DNA of 32,000 bases, from positions 1,417,436 through 1,449,435 of the forward strand of contig NC_003902.1 in assembly GCF_000007145.1 (NCBI RefSeq), written 5' to 3'. Below, in pieces: positions 23,960 to 32,000 of this stretch. Position numbers and translations under genes: made by a program. This DNA comes from Xanthomonas campestris pv. campestris str. ATCC 33913. Lineage in GTDB: Bacteria; Pseudomonadota; Gammaproteobacteria; Xanthomonadales; Xanthomonadaceae. The notes beneath the pieces are model-generated. The model made no database searches. It saw nothing but the letters and a program-made list of their open reading frames with translations, and was not told the origin of the DNA. Each line of letters starts with the position of its first letter. Within the stretch, counting starts at the first letter, position 1.

Positions 23960-25277
23960 GATGCCGCTGCTGCAGACGACGCTCGAGCGCGAACTGGCCG
24001 CGCTCGCGTTCGGCCGCCGCTACGGCAAGGTGGTCGAAGTGATCGGCACCATGCTCAAGGTGGCTGGTGTGCAGGTCAGCCTGGGCGAGGTGTGCGAGTT
24101 GCGCCAGCGCGACGGCACGCTGTTGCAGCGTGCCGAGGTGGTGGGCTTCAGCCGCACTCTCGCCTTGCTGGCGCCGTTTGGCGAGCTGGTGGGGTTGTCG
24201 CGCCAGACGCGCGTGATCGGATTGGGGCGTCCCTTGGCGGTGCCGGTCGGATCGGCGCTGCTGGGGCGCGTTCTCGATGGACTGGGCGAGCCGGCGGACG
24301 GCCAGGGGCCGCTTGCAGGCGACGATTGGGTGCAGATCCAGGCGCAGGCGCCGGATCCGATGCGCCGGCGCCTGATCGAACAGCCGCTACCGACCGGTGT
24401 GCGCATCGTCGATGGCCTGATGACGCTGGGCGAAGGCCAGCGCATGGGCATTTTCGCCGCAGCTGGCGTCGGCAAGAGCACCTTGATCGGGATGTTCGCG
24501 CGGGGCACGCAGTGCGATGTCAACGTGATCGTGCTGATCGGCGAGCGCGGGCGCGAAGTGCGTGAATTCATCGAGATGATTCTTGGCCCGGACGGTCTGG
24601 CACGCAGCGTGGTGGTGTGCGCGACCTCCGATCGCTCCTCCATCGAGCGCGCCAAGGCGGCTTATGTCGGCACCGCCATCGCCGAATATTTTCGCGATCG
24701 GGGCATGCGGGTTCTGCTGATGATGGACTCGCTGACGCGCTTTGCCCGCGCACAACGCGAGATCGGTCTGGCTGCCGGCGAGCCGCCCACGCGTCGCGGC
24801 TTCCCGCCGTCGGTGTTCGCCGAGTTGCCGCGCCTGCTCGAACGTGCCGGCATGGGCGAGACGGGCTCGATCACCGCGTTCTACACGGTGCTGGCCGAAG
24901 ACGACACCGGCAGCGATCCGATCGCCGAAGAAGTGCGCGGCATCCTGGATGGCCATCTGATTCTGTCGCGCGAGATCGCCGCCAGGAACCAGTACCCGGC
25001 GATCGATGTGCTGGGAAGCCTGAGCCGGGTGATGAGCCAGATCGTCTCTGCCGAACAACGCCAGTACGCCGGCCAGCTGCGGCGTTTGCTGGCCAAGCAC
25101 AACGAGGTGGAGACCTTGCTGCAGGTCGGCGAATACCGCCACGGCAGCGATGCGGTCGCCGACGAAGCGATCGCCAGGATCGATGCGATACGCGACTTCC
25201 TGAGCCAGCCCACCGATCAGCTCAGCGACTATGACACCATCCTGGAACAGCTTGCCGGCGTGATCGACGATGCGTGA
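23949..25277 (+). CDS. hrcN: HrcN (YscN/FliI/SctN) T3SS ATPase
   Basis: Translation from the ATG at 23949 gives 442 aa. Walker A ([15 protein letters not shown]) and Walker B ([13 protein letters not shown]) motifs are present. Confidence 0.97.
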   Translation: MLAEMPLLQTTLERELAALAFGRRYGKVVEVIGTMLKVAGVQVSLGEVCELRQRDGTLLQRAEVVGFSRTLALLAPFGELVGLSRQTRVIGLGRPLAVPVGSALLGRVLDGLGEPADGQGPLAGDDWVQIQAQAPDPMRRRLIEQPLPTGVRIVDGLMTLGEGQRMGIFAAAGVGKSTLIGMFARGTQCDVNVIVLIGERGREVREFIEMILGPDGLARSVVVCATSDRSSIERAKAAYVGTAIAEYFRDRGMRVLLMMDSLTRFARAQREIGLAAGEPPTRRGFPPSVFAELPRLLERAGMGETGSITAFYTVLAEDDTGSDPIAEEVRGILDGHLILSREIAARNQYPAIDVLGSLSRVMSQIVSAEQRQYAGQLRRLLAKHNEVETLLQVGEYRHGSDAVADEAIARIDAIRDFLSQPTDQLSDYDTILEQLAGVIDDA

Positions 25278-25779
25278 GCGTGTCAGCACCTGGAGGACGT
25301 TGCAGCAGCTGAAGACGCGCCGTTACCAGCGGATGCAGGACCACCTGAGCGACTGCAGGCGTGCGCTGGAGCAGTGCGATGGCGAGCGCGCCAGTTGCAG
25401 TCAGCAGGCCGACGCCTGCACCACGCGCCTGGCCGCGTTCGATGCCGCGCTGGCCGACACGGCCGGCGCGGGTGAGCCGATCGGCATCGAGGCGATCCTG
25501 CAGCACCAGCGCTTCCGCGCAGTGCTGGAAGAGCGCTGCGGCGCCGCAGAGCAGGCGCTGGTCGCAGCGACGCAGGCGTTGCAGCGCGCGCACGATGAGG
25601 TGGCGACTGTGCAACAGACAGTGAGCAGGCTGGAGGCGCAGGCGCAGGTGTATGCGGAAAAAGCCGCCCGCGCGCGCCGTGCCTGGCAAGCCCAACGCGA
25701 AGCGGCCGAGGAGGAAGACGCGATCGAAGCCTTGATCGGGCTGCGTCTGCATCGTGCCGCCCGCGGAGTGGGGCCATGA
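25270..25779 (+). CDS. hrpB7: HrpB7 (YscO/FliJ/SctO-like coiled-coil stalk protein)
   Basis: The protein is 169 aa and its A/Q/R/E-rich composition suggests coiled coil. It overlaps the hrcN stop and the hrcT start (ATGA). Confidence 0.85.
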   Translation: MRERVSTWRTLQQLKTRRYQRMQDHLSDCRRALEQCDGERASCSQQADACTTRLAAFDAALADTAGAGEPIGIEAILQHQRFRAVLEERCGAAEQALVAATQALQRAHDEVATVQQTVSRLEAQAQVYAEKAARARRAWQAQREAAEEEDAIEALIGLRLHRAARGVGP

Positions 25780-26606
25780 GCGACACCGCCACCGCGCTGC
25801 TGGCGCTGTCATCCCAGGGCGTGTCGCTGCTGACCCTGCTGGCGCTGTGCGGTGTGCGCGTGTTCGTGTTGTTCTTCGTGCTGCCGGCAACCGCGCAGGA
25901 CAGTCTTCCCGGAATGACGCGCAACGGCGTGATCTATGTGCTGAGTTCGTTCATCGCCTACGGACAACCGGCCGATGCGCTGGCCAGGATCGAAGCGGCC
26001 GGCCTGGTGGGGCTGGTGTTCAAGGAAGCCTTTATCGGCCTGCTGATCGGGTTTGCCGCATCCACGGTGTTCTGGGTTGCCGAAAGTGTGGGCCTGCTCA
26101 TCGACGATGTGTCCGGCTACAACAACGTGCAGATGATCAACCCGTTGAGCGGTGAGCAGAGCACGCCGGTCTCCACCGTGTTGATGCAGTTGGCGATCGT
26201 GTCGTTCTACGCGCTGGGCGGCATGCTGATGCTGCTCGGCGCGCTGTTCGAATCGTTTCGCTGGTGGCCGCTGAGCCAGCTCATGCCGGACATGGGAGCG
26301 ATCGGCGAGTCGTTCGTCATCCAGCAGACCGACGGCATGATGGCCGCCATCGTCAAGCTGTCCGCACCAGTGATGTTGGTGCTGGTGCTGGTGGATCTGG
26401 CCATCGGCTTTGTGGCGCGCGCCGCCGACAAGCTGGACCCCTCCAATCTGAGTCAACCGATCCGTGGGGTGCTGGCGCTGCTGCTGCTGGCCTTGCTGAC
26501 CAGCGTGTTCATTGCGCAATCCGGTGACGCACTCGGCTTCCTCCACTTCCAGCAGCAGTTGCACGATGCCGCCAACGCAAGTGCAAAAGGAGGCGCATCG
26601 CACTGA
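25776..26606 (+). CDS. hrcT: HrcT (FliR/YscT/SctT) export-apparatus protein
   Basis: It is a 276-aa polytopic membrane protein of the FliR family, in the expected position before hrcC. Confidence 0.93.
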   Translation: MSDTATALLALSSQGVSLLTLLALCGVRVFVLFFVLPATAQDSLPGMTRNGVIYVLSSFIAYGQPADALARIEAAGLVGLVFKEAFIGLLIGFAASTVFWVAESVGLLIDDVSGYNNVQMINPLSGEQSTPVSTVLMQLAIVSFYALGGMLMLLGALFESFRWWPLSQLMPDMGAIGESFVIQQTDGMMAAIVKLSAPVMLVLVLVDLAIGFVARAADKLDPSNLSQPIRGVLALLLLALLTSVFIAQSGDALGFLHFQQQLHDAANASAKGGASH

Positions 26607-26782
26607 TCCTTGTTGAGACACCAACGGCCGTGTGCTGCCGGCGCTGATTGCAGGAGTGCCAACGTGCTGCGCAACGTTGCGGTCCCAGTCCGGCTCATCC
26701 GGCACGCAATTCACTGCAGACGCGTGCACGCCAGGCGCGCTGCCTTTCCGATGTTCTTTCACTTCCTCGCAGAGGGAACGCA

Positions 26783-28600
26783 ATGGCATACGCCTGTCCT
26801 CCAGTTCACCGCCATCGACGCGCGCCGTTGGCCGCTGCCTTGTTGCTTGGCTTGCTGCCGCTGCTGCCGCCGCATGCCAACGCCGCGTCGGTGCCGTGGC
26901 ACTCGCGCAGCTTCAAATACGTTGCCGACCGCAAGGATCTCAAGGAGGTGCTGCGCGACCTGTCCGCCAGCCAATCCATCACCACCTGGATTTCACCGGA
27001 GGTGACCGGCACGCTCAGTGGCAAATTCGAAGCCACTCCGCAGAAGTTTCTCGACGATCTATCGGGCACGTTCGGTTTTGTCTGGTATTACGATGGCTCG
27101 GTGCTCAGAATCTGGGGCGCGAACGAGACCAAGAATGCGACCTTGAGTTTGGGCGCTGCATCGACGAGTGCGCTGCGCGATGCGCTTGCGCGCATGCGGC
27201 TGGACGATCCGCGCTTTCCGGTCCGTTATGACGAGACAGCGCACCTGGCGGTGGTGTCGGGCCCGCCGGGTTATGTGGATACCGTCGCGGCGATCGCCAA
27301 GCAGGTCGAGCAGGTCGCGCGCCAACGCGACGCCACCGAAGTGCAGGTGTTTCAGCTGCATTATGCGCAGGCGGCCGACCACACCACCCGCATCGGTGGT
27401 CAAGACATCCAGGTGCCGGGCATGGCCAGCCTGTTGCGCAACATATACGGCGTGCGTGGCGCGCCCACTGCGGCGCTGCCCGGGCCAGGCGCGAATTTCG
27501 GGCGTGTGCAACCGATCGGCGGTGGCTCGTCCAATACCTTCGGCAACAGCGGTCAGCGCCAGAGTGGCGGCAGCGGCATTCTCGGTTTGCCTGCGTCGTG
27601 GTTCGGCGCTGGGTCGCCGTCCGAGCGGGTGCCGGTCAGTCCGCCGTTGCCGGGCAGTGGCAATAGCGCCAATGCGCCGGCCAGCGTGTGGCCGGAGATG
27701 AGCCAGGCCAGACGCGATGCGCCGCTGGCGGTGGACGCCGGCAGCGGCGGTGAGCTGGCATCCGACGCGCCGGTGATCGAAGCCGACCCGCGCACCAACG
27801 GCATTCTCATTCGCGACCGCCCCGAGCGGATGGCCGCCTATGGCACGTTGATCCAGCAGCTCGACAACCGTCCCAAGCTGCTGCAGATCGATGCCACCAT
27901 CATCGAGATCCGCGACGGCGCCCTGCAGGATCTCGGCGTGGACTGGCGGTTCCACAGCCGGCGTGTGGATGTGCAGACCGGCGACGGGCGTGGTGGCCAG
28001 CTTGGCTACGATGGCAGCTTGAGCGGTGCAGCAGCCGCCGGTGCAGCCGCGCCGTTGGGCGGGACGTTGACCGCTGTCCTGGGCGATGCAGGGCGTTACC
28101 TGATGACGCGCGTCTCGGCGCTCGAGCAGACCAACAAGGCCAAGATCGTCTCCACCCCGCAGGTGGCGACGCTGGACAACGTGGAAGCGGTGATGGACCA
28201 CAAGCAACAGGCATTCGTGCGTGTCAGCGGTTATGCATCCGCCGACCTCTACAACCTGTCCGCGGGTGTATCGCTACGCGTATTGCCAAGTGTGGTGCCG
28301 GGGTCGCCAAATGGTCAGATGCGCCTGGATGTGCGTATCGAAGACGGGCAGTTGGGCGCCAATACCGTCGATGGCATTCCCGTCATCACCTCCAGCGAGA
28401 TCACCACGCAGGCCTTCGTCAACGAGGGCCAGAGCCTGCTGATCGCCGGTTATGCTTCCGACACCGATCAGACAGATCTGAACAACGTCCCCGGGCTGTC
28501 CAGGATTCCATTGGTCGGCAACCTGTTCAAGCATCGCCAGCAGAGCGGGTCGCGGTTGCAGCGGTTGTTCCTGCTGACCCCGCATATCGTCTCGCCCTGA
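26783..28600 (+). CDS. hrcC: HrcC (YscC/SctC) outer-membrane secretin
   Basis: Translation from the ATG at 26783, with GAGGGA upstream, gives 605 aa. It has a signal peptide (LLLGLLPLLPPHANA) and a C-terminal secretin motif (VPGLSRIPLVGNLFKHRQQ...RLFLLTPHIV). Confidence 0.95.
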   Translation: MAYACPPVHRHRRAPLAAALLLGLLPLLPPHANAASVPWHSRSFKYVADRKDLKEVLRDLSASQSITTWISPEVTGTLSGKFEATPQKFLDDLSGTFGFVWYYDGSVLRIWGANETKNATLSLGAASTSALRDALARMRLDDPRFPVRYDETAHLAVVSGPPGYVDTVAAIAKQVEQVARQRDATEVQVFQLHYAQAADHTTRIGGQDIQVPGMASLLRNIYGVRGAPTAALPGPGANFGRVQPIGGGSSNTFGNSGQRQSGGSGILGLPASWFGAGSPSERVPVSPPLPGSGNSANAPASVWPEMSQARRDAPLAVDAGSGGELASDAPVIEADPRTNGILIRDRPERMAAYGTLIQQLDNRPKLLQIDATIIEIRDGALQDLGVDWRFHSRRVDVQTGDGRGGQLGYDGSLSGAAAAGAAAPLGGTLTAVLGDAGRYLMTRVSALEQTNKAKIVSTPQVATLDNVEAVMDHKQQAFVRVSGYASADLYNLSAGVSLRVLPSVVPGSPNGQMRLDVRIEDGQLGANTVDGIPVITSSEITTQAFVNEGQSLLIAGYASDTDQTDLNNVPGLSRIPLVGNLFKHRQQSGSRLQRLFLLTPHIVSP

Positions 28601-28634
28601 GCAACGCGTCGGGCTGCACGCGATACGGGTACAA

Positions 28635-28669
28635 CGTGCAGGCTGCCGCACGGCGCGGCAGCCTGCACG
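28635..28669. terminator. Strong GC hairpin between convergent hrcC and hpa1 (possible bidirectional terminator)
   Basis: It forms a stem of about 14-15 bp, CGTGCAGGCTGCCGC/GCGGCAGCCTGCACG, with a 5-nt loop. There is no clear U-tract. Confidence 0.55.
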
Positions 28670-28678
28670 CATGGTCAA

Positions 28679-29044
28679 TCAGGCTTGGCCGGTGATGCTC
28701 GACAGGTTGGCATTGAAGCCGCCACCCAAGCTGGTGCCGCCCATGCCGGCGCCGCCTTGGTTCTGCATCAGCTGCATCACGATCTGCATCAGCATCTGCG
28801 TCAACGGACTCACACCGTCCTGTTGACCGCTCTGCGGTTGTTCGTCTCCGCACTCCTGATCGGCATCGCTGCCCTGGCTCTGTTGGAGCATCATCATGAT
28901 GAACATGGCGAGCAGCTGATCCAGCTGCTGCTCGGAGTCAGCCGAAGGCGAGCGCTGACTGGAGTTCTGGGTTTGCTGGGGCCCGATGCCCATCGTCTGC
29001 AGGTTGATGAAGTTGGAAAATTTGTTTCCGATAGATGAGTCCAT
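28679..29044 (-). CDS. hpa1: Hpa1/XopA-type harpin
   Basis: Translation from the ATG at 29044 (MDSSIGNKFSNFINLQ) gives 121 aa. The protein is Q/G/M-rich with a glycine-rich C-terminus. A perfect PIP box lies 139 nt upstream. Confidence 0.85.
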   Translation of the reverse strand: MDSSIGNKFSNFINLQTMGIGPQQTQNSSQRSPSADSEQQLDQLLAMFIMMMLQQSQGSDADQECGDEQPQSGQQDGVSPLTQMLMQIVMQLMQNQGGAGMGGTSLGGGFNANLSSITGQA

Positions 29045-29182
29045 GGTGATTCTCGTCTCATGTGGTTGAACTGGATGCATCGCTGATTGCCGGGGAAGTT
29101 GCAACGGCAAGATCGCAACCGGGGCGCTGTGCTGCCCCCGAGCGCAAAGTAGAAGAGGCAACGGCGGTGCATCTTCCAGGAC

Positions 29183-29207
29183 GCGAAGGCGCGCTTTTGC
29201 TTGCGAA
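29183..29207 (-). promoter_or_regulatory. Perfect PIP box TTCGC-N15-TTCGC (hpa1 promoter)
   Basis: The plus strand reads GCGAA at 29183-29187 and 29203-29207 with a 15-nt spacer. A TACTTT hexamer lies 31 nt downstream. Confidence 0.85.
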
Positions 29208-29273
29208 CATGATTGCGCAAAACATCGGAAACACACTGAAAAACAGCTGCGTTGCAACGGTGCGCGCTGTGAT

Positions 29274-29298
29274 TTCGTTTACGTCATAGACGCTTCGT
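29274..29298 (+). promoter_or_regulatory. PIP box TTCGT-N15-TTCGT with -10 hexamer (hpa2 promoter)
   Basis: TTCGT occurs at 29274-29278 and 29294-29298. After N31 comes TATGGT at 29330-29335, giving a full match to TTCGB-N15-TTCGB-N30-32-YANNRT. Confidence 0.8.
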
Positions 29299-29511
29299 CC
29301 AGCGTGCGCATGCGTGTGCGCAGCACCGTTATGGTGCTGCGATCGAGCGAAGCGTTGGATCAATCGAGGTGTGCGTCCACGCCGCTGCGTTGCTCGAATC
29401 AACGACGATCAGGTGACAGGCATGAAAGAGACCGATACGCCGACCACGTGTGCGTCCGTGCACGGCACGGGTGCTTGGCGTCCACAGTGCTGGGCCACGC
29501 TCTGCAGCAAC

Positions 29512-29994
29512 ATGCGAGCAGACCAGCGACGCTGTGCGCTTCAGCCCGGGCAGGCTGCTGCCCCTCTGCGACGCGTATTGATTGCGGCGGCGTTGCTGTG
29601 CGCCGCGCCGCTCGCACGCGCAGACTGTTTTGAAGAAGCCGCCGGCTATCAACATGTCAATCCATGGGTGCTACGCGCCATTGCGTGGCAGGAATCACGT
29701 GGTCGTGCCGACGCGATCCATCGCAACAACAACGGCACGATCGATTATGGAAAGATGCAGATCAATTCGATCCATCTGCGACGTCTTTCCAGCTACGGTA
29801 TCTCCAGGGATGCGTTGATGCAGCCGTGCGTCAGCGTGTATGTCGCCGCCTGGCGGCTGCGCGAGATGATCAATAAATACGGGAATACCTGGGCCGCTGT
29901 GGGTGCCTATCATTCCGAAACGCCCGCGGAGCGCGATAAATATGCGCACGCCATTCATGCGATTCTGATCAGGCGCGGTGTGGTTGTCGAATGA
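29512..29994 (+). CDS. hpa2: Hpa2/HpaH lytic transglycosylase (SLT domain)
   Basis: It has a signal-peptide-like LRRVLIAAALLCAAPLARA, the catalytic-Glu motif AIAWQESRG, and the YGKMQIN and AVGAYHS motifs. The start is uncertain; alternatives are the ATG at 29422 or the ORF-track start at 29314. Confidence 0.88.
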   Translation: MRADQRRCALQPGQAAAPLRRVLIAAALLCAAPLARADCFEEAAGYQHVNPWVLRAIAWQESRGRADAIHRNNNGTIDYGKMQINSIHLRRLSSYGISRDALMQPCVSVYVAAWRLREMINKYGNTWAAVGAYHSETPAERDKYAHAIHAILIRRGVVVE

Positions 29995-30041
29995 CACTGT
30001 TGCGACCGCAGTGGCGCGTGTAGTGCAGTACATCGCCGCGC

Positions 30042-30060
30042 CCACCGGGGGCGGTGGTTT
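30042..30060 (+). terminator. Small hairpin plus TTT downstream of hpa2
   Basis: CCACCG-GGGG-CGGTGG forms a 6-bp stem with a 4-nt loop, followed by TTT. Confidence 0.4.
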
Positions 30061-30071
30061 GAGCGCTGTGC

Positions 30072-30949
30072 TTACTCAGACTGCGCGCGAGATGCTTCGG
30101 CGCCGCGAACCGCGGCCTCGGCCTGCCAGGTGGCACCGATGGTCTTGTATTGCATGCCGGCGACCACGCCGGACACCGTGTTGGCGAGCAATCCGCTGCG
30201 TGCAGGCGACAACCCGACCCAGGCGCCAATCATGTTGATGGAGGTACCGAGCGCGATATTGGAGTTGATGGCGGCCGTGCGTGCGACCGAGTGATCATCA
30301 CCCGCTCGTAATCCCCGCGCTTGCCCTTCCACGCGGGTTCCCAGATTTGCTTGGTCCCGGCTTCGTCGGCTTCGTGCTGCGTGACGTTGATACAGTCCAA
30401 CGTTTCCAGGCCGACATTCAAGGCGGTGTTCACTGCCGATTGACGAAAGATGACGCTGGTCGCCTCGCCTTTGGTGAAAGGCGAGTTCAGCCCGGCCCAG
30501 CGCTGCTCGGCCGCTGCAAAGTCCGGCGATGCCAGCTCGTTCGATGCCAGGTTGGCCAGCACGTTGGCCATGCCATAGAACCTGCCGGCGCTGGTGATGC
30601 GCGGGTCGCTGATGCCGCCATTGGTGGGGCCACGCATTCCCACCATGCGAAATGTCGCCTGGATGGTGTCGCGGGCTGCGGCATAAGCGGCGATCTTCAG
30701 ATCGCTGGCCAGCAGCCTCGCCGCCATCTCCGGTTGGCCCGCTGACTTGCCGGCCGCACCCACGGCGATGTTGCTCAGAATGCCACCCAGCGCGAGCCGG
30801 CTGACCAGATCCGAGTAATGTTGCTGCTCGATTCTCTTAGGGATGGTCTGATCAACGCTACCCGAGGACGGGAAGTTGTCCGCAGCAAGATCCTCTACCC
30901 ATCGATGTCGTTTGAACTTCGAAGATCCAGACTGGGCACCAGAGCCTCG
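30072..30949 (-). pseudogene. Frameshifted, N-terminally orphaned ORF (unknown, possibly an effector remnant)
   Basis: Two overlapping minus-strand ORFs (30230-30763 and 30072-30332) both have high GC3 and read as one protein if a single-base frameshift near 30290-30330 is corrected. Upstream the frame stays open to a TAG at 30950-30952, but its only start-like codon is the GTG at 30763. Confidence 0.5.
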
Positions 30950-31271
30950 CTAGGCGCTCGTCACACAGCACGGCATCGGGCATGCACCTCCCACGGGCCT
31001 GTGCCGCCCGCCCCGGGACTGCTCTACCTGCGGTCGCCTTCTACCGGCAGGCATGTGCCTGCCAAAGCGCGTGAGGTGACACGGCCCGCCGGACTGCGCG
31101 TAACGGAGACGGGCACCCTGCGTGCGAGGCCGCTCCCGGCCAAACTGGAACTAGGCTGTGGGTGCGATGGTGCCCTGGTCCGCATCGCCTGCAAGAGGGT
31201 CCCAGGGATGTTGCTCGCTGGCTATCGTTGGCAGGAGTGGCATCGCGGCCTGGGATGGCCGGGCCGAGAAG

Positions 31272-32000
31272 CTAAGCAAATTCGAGTTCGCGGCCCAAAT
31301 AGCTGTTTGTCGGGGTCAGGCGTTGTTGTACATCCGCCCGGCCCCATTCGTGCGGCTCGATAACCAGGCCGGAATTCCGCAGGGCAAGGAGATGCTGCCG
31401 GACGCCTTGATAACGCTGGATGGCGGCGGCGATCTCGGAATCGTTGAGCTTGTCTTTCAGCATCGACCGAATGTCTTCTTCCGTGAGTGCAAGGATGGCG
31501 CGCTCCATGTCGGTATCTACCACCGGGGGAAGCGCAGTCCCATGAAACGCCCTGCGTTGCGGGTCTTCCAGGTCCGGCTGGGCACCGTCTGGGGCGGTAA
31601 GTTCCGCACCAAAACAGTTGTCGTTGTCGATGCCCATAACCTTGGCTCGACCATCCGGCTTGACGTGAATGAAATAGTTTTTGTCGTGGCGATCAGCTTC
31701 GCCCGTCAGATGGTCGAGCAGCTGCAGCTTCATCACTTCGGCGCACACGTTCGCCTGGACCAGGGTGGACGCATCGACCTCTTCGGCTGGTTTTCCTTGG
31801 GCGCGTTCCATGATCAGACCCAGAGCTGGCTCAAAGGGATCTTGTCCCAAATTCATCAGCGCCACGCGCGTGTCGGCAACCACGTGGAACCCGAGCCTCC
31901 TTGCATAGGCCACGGTTGCGAGATTGCGCATCGCTGTTTGCGGTTCTTCCCTGGAAATGCCCGTCAATCTGGCAACTACACTCCACTTATCCGGAGAGGG
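31272..32000 (-). CDS. Kinase-like protein with PI3/4-kinase/HipA-type catalytic loop; candidate T3 effector (N-terminus outside the window)
   Basis: The frame is open to the right window edge, with no stop in 31968-32000. It contains the motif LTGEADRHDKNYFIHV...VMGIDNDNCFG (DxHxxN catalytic loop plus a downstream metal-binding-type IDN/D). Confidence 0.6.
   Translation of the reverse strand, partial: PSPDKWSVVARLTGISREEPQTAMRNLATVAYARRLGFHVVADTRVALMNLGQDPFEPALGLIMERAQGKPAEEVDASTLVQANVCAEVMKLQLLDHLTGEADRHDKNYFIHVKPDGRAKVMGIDNDNCFGAELTAPDGAQPDLEDPQRRAFHGTALPPVVDTDMERAILALTEEDIRSMLKDKLNDSEIAAAIQRYQGVRQHLLALRNSGLVIEPHEWGRADVQQRLTPTNSYLGRELEFA

Noticed and set aside
26670-26681. Perfect 12-bp palindrome CGCAACGTTGCG in the hrcT-hrcC intergenic region as a possible operator
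   Set aside because: Roughly 8 perfect 12-bp palindromes are expected by chance in 32 kb (about 1 per 4096 positions). There is no second copy or partner motif to support a regulatory site.
26746-26770. PIP-like TTCCG-N15-CTCGC just upstream of hrcC
   Set aside because: Both half-sites deviate from TTCGB. The element would end only 13 nt before the hrcC ATG, leaving no room for the N30-32 spacer and -10 element.
25809-28207. Minus-strand ORFs (326 aa, 382 aa) opposite hrcT and hrcC
   Set aside because: They are shadow ORFs; the plus-strand genes carry the FliR and secretin signatures.
31163-31271. GTGCG at 31163 followed by hairpins as a possible group II intron 5' end, or a retron msr/msd
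   Set aside because: No reverse transcriptase or maturase ORF is present and I recognised no domain V-like hairpin with the AGC triad. The downstream DNA encodes the kinase-like protein on the opposite strand.
30818-31363. 181-aa plus-strand ORF spanning the spacer
   Set aside because: It overlaps the 3' end of the minus-strand kinase-like ORF and the 5' extension of the decayed ORF. Its translation is R/P/G/C-rich with no motif and no SD, so it is probably a chance open frame.

Overview
This 32-kb high-GC window is mostly a complete, canonical Hrp2-family type III secretion (hrp/hrc/hpa) pathogenicity cluster of the Xanthomonas type, spanning about 6.7-30.0 kb. Gene order is hrpF (+), an orphan ORF (+), then hrpW-hpaB-hrpE-hrpD6-hrpD5-hpaA-hrcS-hrcR-hrcQ-hpaC/hpaP-hrcV-hrcU (all -), then hrpB1-hrpB2-hrcJ-hrpB4-hrpB5-hrcN-hrpB7-hrcT-hrcC (+), then hpa1 (-) and hpa2 (+). 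Having hrpW between hrpF and hpaB matches my memory of X. campestris-type clusters; I cannot verify the organism without a search. I read five plant-inducible-promoter (PIP) boxes matching TTCGB-N15-TTCGB directly from the sequence, in front of the hrpB, hrpC, hrpD, hpa1 and hpa2 units. One of them lies inside the hpaC/hpaP coding region. There is also a non-canonical PIP-like site upstream of hrpF. The left flank (1-5.9 kb) holds a tightly coupled four-gene operon (flavoprotein, class V PLP enzyme, SDR, class I/II aminotransferase) and a divergent TetR/NAD(P) oxidoreductase pair. The right flank (30.0-32.0 kb) holds a frameshifted ORF, a 320-bp hairpin-rich non-coding spacer, and an N-terminally incomplete ORF with a PI3/4-kinase/HipA-like catalytic-loop motif that is a candidate effector. 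I saw no rRNA, tRNA, CRISPR array, transposase or integrase. The T3SS core is well described and I see no evidence of a new system in it. The parts worth a second look are the flanks, the expanded HrpF repeat region and the decayed hrpF-hrpW interval. All family assignments rest on motif recognition and recalled protein lengths, not on database searches.
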